From the sequence record MT889377.1: 32,000 bases of DNA. The stretch is one strand, 5' to 3'. The translations under genes and the position numbers were made by a program. The notes below the pieces were generated by a model. It was not told where the DNA came from. It did no database searches and worked only from the letters and a program-made list of their open reading frames with translations. The stretch comes from Microbacterium phage Zayuliv. Below, one piece after another: positions 17,598 to 25,222 of this stretch (its first letter is position 1; each line of letters opens with the position of its first letter).

Positions 17598-19449
17598 GGG
17601 CTTCACCTCCCCAGCAGCGGGAAATAGTGACGTCTGCCTTGAGGAAGAACTTGCGATCGAGTTGGTCATCTGCCTGCTCCATTGTCTCCTTGACGATGCG
17701 GCCGACCTTGCGAGCTGTCTGGTAAGGGGCTGTCAGACAGACCGAGTCATGCACCGTAGTTATTAGTTTAGCACCCAGCTCGGGCAAGCGGTAGTCCCGG
17801 GCCAACCGGCCCAAGCTGATGAGCATGAAGTCACTTCCCAGCGACTGCACAGGCGAGTTGATGGCCTGCCTGAATGCGTTCTCCTGGATCCAGAAGTCCT
17901 CATGGTACACCTTGGGCAAGTGACGGAACCGGCCGAACTCGTTATGGACACCGCCGTACTCGATCGCCTCCCGGCGCTGCTTCCGGTACCACGCAGGCAG
18001 CTCCCCGAACGTGGTGAAGTACTCCTCACGGAACGCCACCGCTTCCTTCGGCGTAATGGTGACGCCGTACGACTCCCGCACGTAGTCAGCGAAGTGTTTC
18101 GCCTGCATGCCATAGATGAAGCCGAAGTTGACGCCCTTGGCCAGCGACCGATGCTCCTTGGTCATCTCCTGACCGCGGATCAAGCGCTTGGCGATGTAGG
18201 TGTGGATGTCCTCATCGGCCTCGAACAGACTGATCATGGTGGGTTCGTTCGCCAGCCGCGCAGCCACACGAAGTTCCAGCTGGCTGAAGTCGACCTCGAT
18301 CCACGCCTGCCCGCGCTCCCCGAAGAGGTTGCGTGTGGCTTTGTCCCTTGGGATCTGCTGGCTGTTCAGCCCCGGCTTCTCGTCACCGGGGCTCTGGCTG
18401 CTGAGACGCCCTGTGACGGTCCCGGTCAGCTTGAAGCTGGTGCTCACCCGACCGTCTACTGTGCGGTCCGTGAGAGGCTTGAGGAACTTGGTCAGCTGGC
18501 TGTAGAGCTCCGCCCGCCGTTGCAGTGCCCGCGCGCCGGGGTGGTCGATCTTGGCTAGCTCCTTGTCAGCCAGGCTGGGCGCGCCCTCAGGGAAGTTCTT
18601 GGTGGGCTTGTTCCGCTTGGGGCACATGGCACCCTGATACTCGAACAGCCACCACTTCGTCCAGTTGGTGGCCCCCCACTTGGGCTTCGTCTTCTGCAGC
18701 CACTCAGGCCATTCTTCCTTCGGGGGGATGGTGGCATCAAGCTCCTGCTCGATGGCCGCGATGCGGGCTTCCACGATCTCCTTGGTCTTGGCGATCTTCT
18801 CGACCCGCACAGGCAGCCGGTTCGCTTCCATCTGCTGGAGCGGCTCGATTGCCGGGATCATGATGTTGCGCATCACGTTTACCGGGTCCTCCCCCGGCTT
18901 CAAGTTGCGCTTGATGTGGCGGCGCTGCCACCGCAGCAGATCCCGGGTGTAGTGGACGTCCTTGCCATTGTAGATGCTGACGCGCTTCTTGCTGGCAGCC
19001 ATCACCTTCTTGCTGATAGACTTGTCCTCTTCGAACTTGCCGAACTCCTCGCCGTAGGCTGCTACGTTGTCATCGGCCCAGTCCTCATAGCCCAGCAGGC
19101 GGACGACAGTGTCCTTCAGACCGCTGGGCTTGTTCTCGTCGATGAGGTGGGCCATGAACTGAGTGTCCCACCAGATGCGCAGCTTGCAGCCGAGGGACTC
19201 CAGCCAGCGCTTCTCGAACGGCGCGTTGTGCGCCACCATGCGCGGCAGCCGCAGGCGTGCGACCTCAGCCAGATCGCGCGGCCACCACACGAGCACGTCG
19301 TCACGGTCCATGTGGCCGAACCCGATGCACAGCACCCGGCCCATTCCGACGAACAGCGACGTGGTCTCGATGTCAACGATGACCGGTGCGGTGGACTGGG
19401 CGAGGAACGCCTTGACCTCTGACCAGTCTTCCGTGATGATCAAATCCAT
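17584..19449 (-). CDS. polA: DNA polymerase, family A, with 3'-5' exonuclease domain
   Basis: 'VIVDIETTSLF' exo I; 'WIEVDFSQLELRVAARLA' motif A; 'RSLAKGVNFGFIYG' motif B; 'LITTVHDSV' motif C. Confidence 0.95.
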   Translation of the reverse strand: MDLIITEDWSEVKAFLAQSTAPVIVDIETTSLFVGMGRVLCIGFGHMDRDDVLVWWPRDLAEVARLRLPRMVAHNAPFEKRWLESLGCKLRIWWDTQFMAHLIDENKPSGLKDTVVRLLGYEDWADDNVAAYGEEFGKFEEDKSISKKVMAASKKRVSIYNGKDVHYTRDLLRWQRRHIKRNLKPGEDPVNVMRNIMIPAIEPLQQMEANRLPVRVEKIAKTKEIVEARIAAIEQELDATIPPKEEWPEWLQKTKPKWGATNWTKWWLFEYQGAMCPKRNKPTKNFPEGAPSLADKELAKIDHPGARALQRRAELYSQLTKFLKPLTDRTVDGRVSTSFKLTGTVTGRLSSQSPGDEKPGLNSQQIPRDKATRNLFGERGQAWIEVDFSQLELRVAARLANEPTMISLFEADEDIHTYIAKRLIRGQEMTKEHRSLAKGVNFGFIYGMQAKHFADYVRESYGVTITPKEAVAFREEYFTTFGELPAWYRKQRREAIEYGGVHNEFGRFRHLPKVYHEDFWIQENAFRQAINSPVQSLGSDFMLISLGRLARDYRLPELGAKLITTVHDSVCLTAPYQTARKVGRIVKETMEQADDQLDRKFFLKADVTISRCWGGEALAEF

Positions 19450-19495
19450 GTGGGTGGACTCCTTGTGCCGTGGGGGCTTCAGTATTCAAGTGTAG

Positions 19496-19585
19496 TGGTG
19501 GACCGGGTAGGACTCGAACCTACATCACCTGGCCGGGTTCCCCGGCGCAACGGGGAGTGAGCTCTACCGATTGAGCTACCAGTCC
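19496..19585 (-). tRNA. tRNA-like gene with encoded CCA and a non-canonical, oversized anticodon/variable region
   Basis: GGACTGG/CCGGTCC acceptor, GCTC/GAGC D stem with AATCGGTA loop, GTAGG-TTCGAGT-CCTAC T arm, A-CCA 3' end. The region between D and T arms is 36 nt plus nt 26, and no canonical 5+7+5 anticodon arm folds. Confidence 0.65.
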
Positions 19586-19638
19586 ATGAAGCGGGGCCAC
19601 CAGCCTTCGGGGGGAGAAGACTGATGGCCCCTGCTGTG

Positions 19639-20037
19639 TCAGCGAGTCGGGCGCTTGCGCGCTGCGGGCTTCGCTGCGGCCTTCGCCGGCGCGGCCTTGC
19701 GGGCGGCGGGCTTGGCCGCTGCCTTGGCCTTGGGCTCCGCCTTGGGAGCCGCGACCGAGCGCTCGAGGCCGAAGCCAGCGGGCAAGTCACCCGCACCCTC
19801 GACCACGTCGGCGATGAGCTGGTCGAGCTCGCCGGCCTCGATGGCGTTCTGGATGGCGATGAAGCCGAAGGCTCGCTGCACCTTGTAGCGGTCCTTGGCC
19901 TCGACACCGAGCTGCGCGGCGGCGTCGTCGATGGCGGCGTTGGCCTGCTGCTTGAAGGTGGGCTCGGCCGTGGTCTCCTCGACCTCGACCTCCTCGACCT
20001 CGGCGACGGGGGCGGTCTTGCGGGTACGAGCGGCCAT
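19639..20037 (-). CDS. Histone-like/nucleoid-associated protein with H1-like AKP-rich tail
   Basis: Acidic N-terminus, ~70-aa central domain, C-term 'KAEPKAKAAAKPAARKAAPAKAAAKPAARKRPTR'. Confidence 0.6.
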   Translation of the reverse strand: MAARTRKTAPVAEVEEVEVEETTAEPTFKQQANAAIDDAAAQLGVEAKDRYKVQRAFGFIAIQNAIEAGELDQLIADVVEGAGDLPAGFGLERSVAAPKAEPKAKAAAKPAARKAAPAKAAAKPAARKRPTR

Positions 20038-20093
20038 GATGATCTCCTTGATGTTGGGGCCGGATTGTGGAGGCGGTGTGCCTTGTGAAACTC

Positions 20094-20122
20094 AGTATTG
20101 CACGTCCTGGGCTGGTGCGCAA
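20094..20122 (-). promoter_or_regulatory. Promoter: TTGCGC - 17 nt - AATACT
   Basis: On the - strand, in the gap between the helicase stop (20126) and the histone-like gene start (20037). Confidence 0.6.
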
Positions 20123-20125
20123 GCT

Positions 20126-21553
20126 CTAGAAGAAATTATTTTTGCGGATCCTGCTGACCACTTTTCGCAGGTGCTGATGGTCCTCCTGAAGCGTGGTCCA
20201 GACGTCCTCGTCGACACTGCCCCGGCCACACAAGAACCAGACGGTGGGCGACTTGGGCGACAGCTTGATGCGGTCGCTGGCCTGTTTGAACGTCACGTAG
20301 TTGAAGTCGCTGGTGTACCAGATGAGGTCGTTCGCCACGCTGATGTCGACGGCCATCGCCACGGTGCGCGGCTGCACCAGCAGCACCTTGAGGTCGGGGT
20401 CACGCTGGAATGCCTCGATCACGTTGTTCTTGTCGCGCGTTGCGCCCGTGATGATGGTGTGGCCGATACCCTTGATGCGGAGGTACCTGCGCACCAGCTT
20501 GATCTCATGCAGGTGTGTGCAAGCGATGATGACCTTGCCGTGGCAGCGGCGCAGTACCCGGCCCATCGCGCTCAGCCGTGCGCGGGCAGCCACGGGCACT
20601 GAGAAGCTGTCGCCGTTGTCGTCCTTGAGCCAGCCAGCGACCATCGTGCGCATGCGCAGCAGACGCGTGAGCGGGTTCAGCCCGACTACCTCGCGGGCAT
20701 CGTCAACGTACTCCTTGAAGCTGTAGAACTCGCCGCCCTTATACTTGACGACACCCTTCTTCAGCATCAGCTTACTGGCGATCGCTACGTTGGGCGGCAC
20801 CTGGTAGTCGTACTTGATGATGGGGACCGGCTTGCCAGGCCCGACCATCGTCACGACATCGTCCTGAATGTAGGCGTTCAGCTCTGCCTGGTGGCGCGGG
20901 CGCACTAGCTCCGGCCAGCCCTTGACCGTGGTCCACTCCCCGAAGTACTCCCTGAAGTCCTTGGCTGTAGGCCACTTGTCGCGGATGGCTGGGTTCAGGA
21001 AAGTCCACTGCCCATAGATCGCATCGATCTGGTTTGGGTTGGTGACCGGGGTGCCGGTGATCAGCAGCCGGTACCCGTTCCAGTCGTAGGCCAGCGGCCT
21101 GATGTTCCTGCCGGTGACGCTGCTGGGCGTCTTGATCTGGTGCGACTCGTCAAGGAACATCATGCCTTGCTTGTCGGCCAGCTCAGCCAGCTTCTTCAGG
21201 AAGGGGCGCAGCCGCTTCCAGGGTGCCTTGCCGAACTGATCGTAGTTGACGAACAGCAGATGGGTGAACTTGAAGACGCCCCTGCCAGCCAGGTCAGGAT
21301 ACTCATTGCCTGCGGTCAGCGGGTGGAAGCGGTAGGGCAGGCCCAGCCACTTCGCGGCCTCACTGCGCCAGACACCCTCAGCGATCTTGGGACCCACCAC
21401 CACGACGACGCGGGGTGCCTTGGCCTCGATCAGCTTCAGGGATACAGCGGTCTTGCCGCTGCGGGGCTCGGCCCAGAGGGCAGCGTAGGTGCGACCTGGT
21501 TCGGTCAGCTTTTCCAACGCCACCCTCTGGGAATCACGTAGCTGCAGAGTCAC
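20126..21553 (-). CDS. SNF2/DEAD-type DNA helicase
   Basis: Walker A 'AEPRSGKTAVSL', 'FLDESHQIK' motif II, 'RLLITGTPVTN' motif III, 'QASDRI' motif VI-like. Confidence 0.9.
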   Translation of the reverse strand: MTLQLRDSQRVALEKLTEPGRTYAALWAEPRSGKTAVSLKLIEAKAPRVVVVVGPKIAEGVWRSEAAKWLGLPYRFHPLTAGNEYPDLAGRGVFKFTHLLFVNYDQFGKAPWKRLRPFLKKLAELADKQGMMFLDESHQIKTPSSVTGRNIRPLAYDWNGYRLLITGTPVTNPNQIDAIYGQWTFLNPAIRDKWPTAKDFREYFGEWTTVKGWPELVRPRHQAELNAYIQDDVVTMVGPGKPVPIIKYDYQVPPNVAIASKLMLKKGVVKYKGGEFYSFKEYVDDAREVVGLNPLTRLLRMRTMVAGWLKDDNGDSFSVPVAARARLSAMGRVLRRCHGKVIIACTHLHEIKLVRRYLRIKGIGHTIITGATRDKNNVIEAFQRDPDLKVLLVQPRTVAMAVDISVANDLIWYTSDFNYVTFKQASDRIKLSPKSPTVWFLCGRGSVDEDVWTTLQEDHQHLRKVVSRIRKNNFF

Positions 21554-21825
21554 CGCGCTCGACGCACCTTCCGACGCCGCTGCATAGCCTGGCAGAGCCG
21601 GTCGTGGAGACGGCGCACTGGCATCGCGGCTGGTAGGAACCAGCGCTGCATGAAGGTGATGTGGCCATCCCAGTAGGCGTTCTCGTCATGGGCGATCTTG
21701 CGCTCCGCTGCCTCCCGGCTGTAGGCCCGCCGTGCGAACCGGCTGTGCTGACCATCGATCTCGGCCATCCAGCGGGTGCGCCCCAGCAGGTCCGGAGTGA
21801 CGGTGTAGCTAGTGATGGGGTACAT
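21550..21825 (-). CDS. Hypothetical protein (91 aa)
   Basis: ATGA overlaps with both neighbours (21825 and 21553); 'MYPITSYTVTPDLLGRTRWMAEIDGQHSRFARRAYSREAAERKI'. Confidence 0.6.
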   Translation of the reverse strand: MYPITSYTVTPDLLGRTRWMAEIDGQHSRFARRAYSREAAERKIAHDENAYWDGHITFMQRWFLPAAMPVRRLHDRLCQAMQRRRKVRRAR

Positions 21826-22049
21826 CAGACCCTCCGCCGGCGACGCAGGGCTGCCAGCCCCGCAGCGGCCAGCACCGCCCCCGCCAGCACCAGGCCAGCA
21901 GGGTCGGCGCCCGTGGCCGCGAGAGGGGCGCTCGGAGCCGGCTCGGCGGCACATACGGCCGTCCCGTTGCCCAGCTCCCAGCCGTGCTCGCACTGCGGCA
22001 GATCGACCGACTTCGAGGGCGGGCAGGCGTAGCCCTTGCACTCGTCCAT
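21825..22049 (-). CDS. Small protein with C-terminal LAATG sortase-like sorting signal
   Basis: 74 aa; '...PSAPLAATGADPAGLVLAGAVLAAAGLAALRRRRRV': LAxTG, TM, poly-Arg; three N-terminal Cys plus one more before the linker. Confidence 0.6.
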   Translation of the reverse strand: MDECKGYACPPSKSVDLPQCEHGWELGNGTAVCAAEPAPSAPLAATGADPAGLVLAGAVLAAAGLAALRRRRRV

Positions 22050-22924
22050 CAGTGGTCCTCGAATCCGCCGAAGTCGATCTGCTCGCTGTCATCCCGCCAG
22101 CCCTGCTCGATCAGCACGCGACGGAGGTTGGGCTTGAAGTAGTTCGGCCCCTTCTTGACACGGCCCTCGAAGATGCCGTCCGGGTCGTTCGGGCCGGCGA
22201 TGATGGGCTTGCCGTCGAGACCGAGCTTGGACATGTTGCTCGCCTGCACCTCGTCGTATCCCGGCTCCGCCTGCATGCCAGCGCGGTTCATGCCGCCGTA
22301 GGTCACGTAGAGGATGTCGATGAACGCGTCGTAGATCTCCTGCACATTGGGCTCAGCCACACGCTCGATCGTGTCGAACTTGCCGTCGTGGGTGAAGGTC
22401 ACCTTGAAGCCGAGCGCCGGGATCAGCTCGTCGATGAACTCCTCACGGATGAGCTCGATCACCACCGGCACGTCCTCGGCCGGGATGGCGCGCGGGCTGC
22501 TGGCCGTGGCGATGCCGAACGCCTTGTGGAAGGCCGCGTTCTGGCGCTGCGCCTTGTGGCCCTTGAAGTGCTCGCGGATGCCGTCGATCAGCTGCTCCCC
22601 GATGCTGCGGGCACGGGTGCTCTCGAACGTACCTGCGCCCTCCAGGTTGTCCCAGCACGCGCTGACCGCACCCAGGGCGGTGAACACCAGGCGGCTGAGG
22701 TCGCCGACGTACTCGTCCGGGCCGAAGAACTTGTCGAGGGACACCTGCTCCGTGTCGTGTACCTGCGCGCGGTGGTAGCCCTCCGCGTACAGCTGGATGA
22801 TCTCCCACTGATGCTGGGTGAATCGCTGGTCACCCAGCTCCACGTGATAGCCGTCCTCGAAGGCGTTGGTGGGCAGCTTGATCTCGGGCTGCGGGAACTT
22901 GGGTTCCGGAGGCGTAACAGTCAT
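22049..22924 (-). CDS. MazG-like/all-alpha NTP pyrophosphohydrolase; candidate dCTPase
   Basis: 'IREEFIDELIPAL...NVQEIYDAFIDILYVTYGGMNRAG...VQASNMSKLGLDGKPI...KKGPNYFKPNLRRVL' matches phage PRA-PH/MazG-like proteins. Confidence 0.7.
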   Translation of the reverse strand: MTVTPPEPKFPQPEIKLPTNAFEDGYHVELGDQRFTQHQWEIIQLYAEGYHRAQVHDTEQVSLDKFFGPDEYVGDLSRLVFTALGAVSACWDNLEGAGTFESTRARSIGEQLIDGIREHFKGHKAQRQNAAFHKAFGIATASSPRAIPAEDVPVVIELIREEFIDELIPALGFKVTFTHDGKFDTIERVAEPNVQEIYDAFIDILYVTYGGMNRAGMQAEPGYDEVQASNMSKLGLDGKPIIAGPNDPDGIFEGRVKKGPNYFKPNLRRVLIEQGWRDDSEQIDFGGFEDH

Positions 22925-23703
22925 CGGTTCTTCTTCCTGTCTGCGCGGACTGCGCGTTGTTCCTTGGCGAACAGCTCGGTGAGCCTGTCCACTTCATCCC
23001 AGCTGACCAGGGTGGCATCGCTGGGGTCCTCGACCGAGAACGGGTTCAGCACGATCTGGATGGCTTCAGCGAACCCTGCCGCTTCCGACTCCAGTGCAGC
23101 CTTGGCCGCTGCGCCGCGCTCCTTCTCGGCTGTCTCCATCAACTCATTGTAAGAGTTGAAGAGCTTGCGTACGATCTGTGCGCCCACGGTGTCCCCGGCC
23201 TTGAGCACGGAGTTGAACCGTGCCCGCTTGTCGGGAATGTGCTTGAACGCACTGGTGGTGAGGAAGCGGGCGATGTCTTCGCTCGTCTCCTTGCCCGCGT
23301 CGAGTGCAGCCTCGATCGCATCCGCGATGACCTCGACCGTGGTGGTCTTGCCCATGCGCATCTTCTCGCGGTCGTCGACGACGGCGAACAGGATGCCCCT
23401 GCCGCTGAACGCCTTGGCCTCCTTGTGACAGTCGCAGTCACAGTGCCGCCCGCTGCACATCGCATGGGAGCCGGGGCTCTCGAACGTGCAGAAGCCGGAC
23501 TTCTTCATACCTGGCATGCTGCCCTCCTTGGGCGTCTGTTGGATGATGAGGCCCTCATCGTGGTAGCGGTCTAGCTCCGCGCGGGCTTCCTTGCGTGTGG
23601 CCTGGGGGTATGGCCGCTGTGACCTGGTGAGCAGCACCCCGATCTTGAACAGGTGCTCCAGGTGCGGATGTGCCTGCGGGTTAGATCTTGCGGTCTTCTT
23701 CAC
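22921..23703 (-). CDS. Hypothetical protein with Cys/His cluster (HCDCDCH)
   Basis: 'GFCTFESPGSHAMCSGRHCDCDCHKEAKAFSGRG' metal-binding-like; ATGA overlap with 22924. Confidence 0.6.
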   Translation of the reverse strand: MKKTARSNPQAHPHLEHLFKIGVLLTRSQRPYPQATRKEARAELDRYHDEGLIIQQTPKEGSMPGMKKSGFCTFESPGSHAMCSGRHCDCDCHKEAKAFSGRGILFAVVDDREKMRMGKTTTVEVIADAIEAALDAGKETSEDIARFLTTSAFKHIPDKRARFNSVLKAGDTVGAQIVRKLFNSYNELMETAEKERGAAAKAALESEAAGFAEAIQIVLNPFSVEDPSDATLVSWDEVDRLTELFAKEQRAVRADRKKNR

Positions 23704-24274
23704 GGAGGAACTCCAGCAGGCTGCGCTCGTCGTCGACCAGCCGGTGCAGCACCATGTCGCGGGTCCAGCTGTCGTACGGGCTGCTGAAGGCGACCAGCTT
23801 CTGGTGGAAGCTGCCGGTGGCCGGGTCGTTCGCGACCTCGATGATCGACATCGTCTTGAACAGGGCGAAGTTCTTGTACCGGTTCAGCTGGGTCAGGAAG
23901 TCGAACTGATAGAAGTACATCTCGTTCGCGGCTGCCAGCTTGCCTGCCTCGATGCCGTCCTCGATGTCCTCGATACGATCGACCATCAGAGGGTGGTGCA
24001 TCTTGAGGACGAAGTGGGTATCCGGCATGGCGAACACGGTGCGGGGCCGGTCATCGTTCCAGTCCCGCTCGGGGTAGGCCAGCCGGTACACCATGTGAGT
24101 GAACCAGTCGATGCGGTCGAACGTCTGGACCAGATCGTGGTCACCGCCGATGGCCTGCACAGCCAACGCGTGATTCGTCTTCGTGGCGTTGTAGATGTGT
24201 CCGTCGAAGCTGGTCAGGGCTGCGGCGCTGTGTGACTTGCCGACGTTGTCGGGTCCTTCAAATGCGATGAGCAT
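23681..24274 (-). CDS. Thymidylate-kinase-like P-loop nucleotide kinase; candidate hm-dCMP kinase or hydroxymethyl-base DNA kinase
   Basis: 'MLIAFEGPDNVGKSHSAAAL' Walker A, 'FDRIDWFTHMVYR' DR-type motif. Confidence 0.65.
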   Translation of the reverse strand: MLIAFEGPDNVGKSHSAAALTSFDGHIYNATKTNHALAVQAIGGDHDLVQTFDRIDWFTHMVYRLAYPERDWNDDRPRTVFAMPDTHFVLKMHHPLMVDRIEDIEDGIEAGKLAAANEMYFYQFDFLTQLNRYKNFALFKTMSIIEVANDPATGSFHQKLVAFSSPYDSWTRDMVLHRLVDDERSLLEFLREEDRKI

Positions 24275-24283
24275 GGTGCGTCC

Positions 24284-25222
24284 TTAGTTGATGAGGTCCT
24301 GCATCGGGATGATGTAGGGGGCGAACTTGGTGTCCTTATACCACTGGGGCCAGTGTACACCAATCTTCATGATTCCACCATTCTTGTTCCGCATGGTGGG
24401 GCGGAGGTACTGGGCGACCTTGGGGTAGATCTCGAAGGCTGCCTCCAGGTCATCCTCGCGGCCGCGCTCATCCAGCGGGTCCAGCGGGATGGTCGACTCG
24501 ATTCCGTTCTTGGTGTCGTAGGCCACACTGGGGATCACGAACGCCTGGCTGCCCTCAGACAGCGTGTGCAGGAACATGCTCAGGTCTTCGCCGTGCAGCC
24601 GGTACGGCTCCGGGCAATCGCGCCAGGTGAAGCGCTTGAGGTCGAAGAAGAGCACGCAGGCAGGGAAGCCGCCCTTGTCAGCGAAGGCACCGATGTCGGT
24701 GTCCACGTCGCCGCTGAAGAGCCCCTGCCGCCCGCTGCCGTAGGCGGCTGCTGGGGCTTGCTCGAACACGCGGTCCGCCAGGTAGCAGGCGACGGCCAGC
24801 GAGCGCGGGAGATGGGCTTCGGTGGGCTGCCCCGCCAGCTTCTCGCTCCAGCGCCTGGTGTGGCTGCGCCCGTCCTCCTTGATGGTCTTCTCCATCAGGC
24901 TGAGGTGGACCACGTCGTCATCCATCATCACGATGCGACTGTACCCGTGCAGCTCCGCGTTCCGGAGGATGGCTGCGCGTGCGTTGCCTACGCCCTCACC
25001 CATGCCCCGCTCGCTGACGATGCGTGCCCACGGGTACGCATCACGATAGGCAGCTTGCTCGTTCCGCCGAACCATCACGTGGACCCGACGCTGAACGCTT
25101 TCAGGTGCCTTGGCCAGGATGTCCAGCAGGGGTGCTCCGCCGGCTCGGCTGTAGCTGGGCACGTAGATGGGGTAGATCCATGACACCTTGCAGCGGCGCA
25201 GCAGCGCCAGATGTTCGTTCAC
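24284..25222 (-). CDS. TET-associated-type glycosyltransferase, paralog 1
   Basis: 'YPIYVPSYSRAGGAPLLDILAKAPE...RIVMMDDDVVHLSLM' with a DDD divalent-cation motif; GTG start overlapping the upstream stop. Confidence 0.7.
   Translation of the reverse strand: MNEHLALLRRCKVSWIYPIYVPSYSRAGGAPLLDILAKAPESVQRRVHVMVRRNEQAAYRDAYPWARIVSERGMGEGVGNARAAILRNAELHGYSRIVMMDDDVVHLSLMEKTIKEDGRSHTRRWSEKLAGQPTEAHLPRSLAVACYLADRVFEQAPAAAYGSGRQGLFSGDVDTDIGAFADKGGFPACVLFFDLKRFTWRDCPEPYRLHGEDLSMFLHTLSEGSQAFVIPSVAYDTKNGIESTIPLDPLDERGREDDLEAAFEIYPKVAQYLRPTMRNKNGGIMKIGVHWPQWYKDTKFAPYIIPMQDLIN

Noticed and set aside
19470-19500. Promoter for polA at 'ttgaatact'
   Set aside because: A -10-like AATACT exists but no acceptable -35 at 16-19 nt; the tRNA and polA may be transcribed from upstream.
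21812-23152. + strand 446-aa ORF
   Set aside because: Opposes three coupled - strand genes, one with clear MazG-like motifs.
24353-25183. + strand 276-aa ORF
   Set aside because: Mirror of the glycosyltransferase gene; no motifs.
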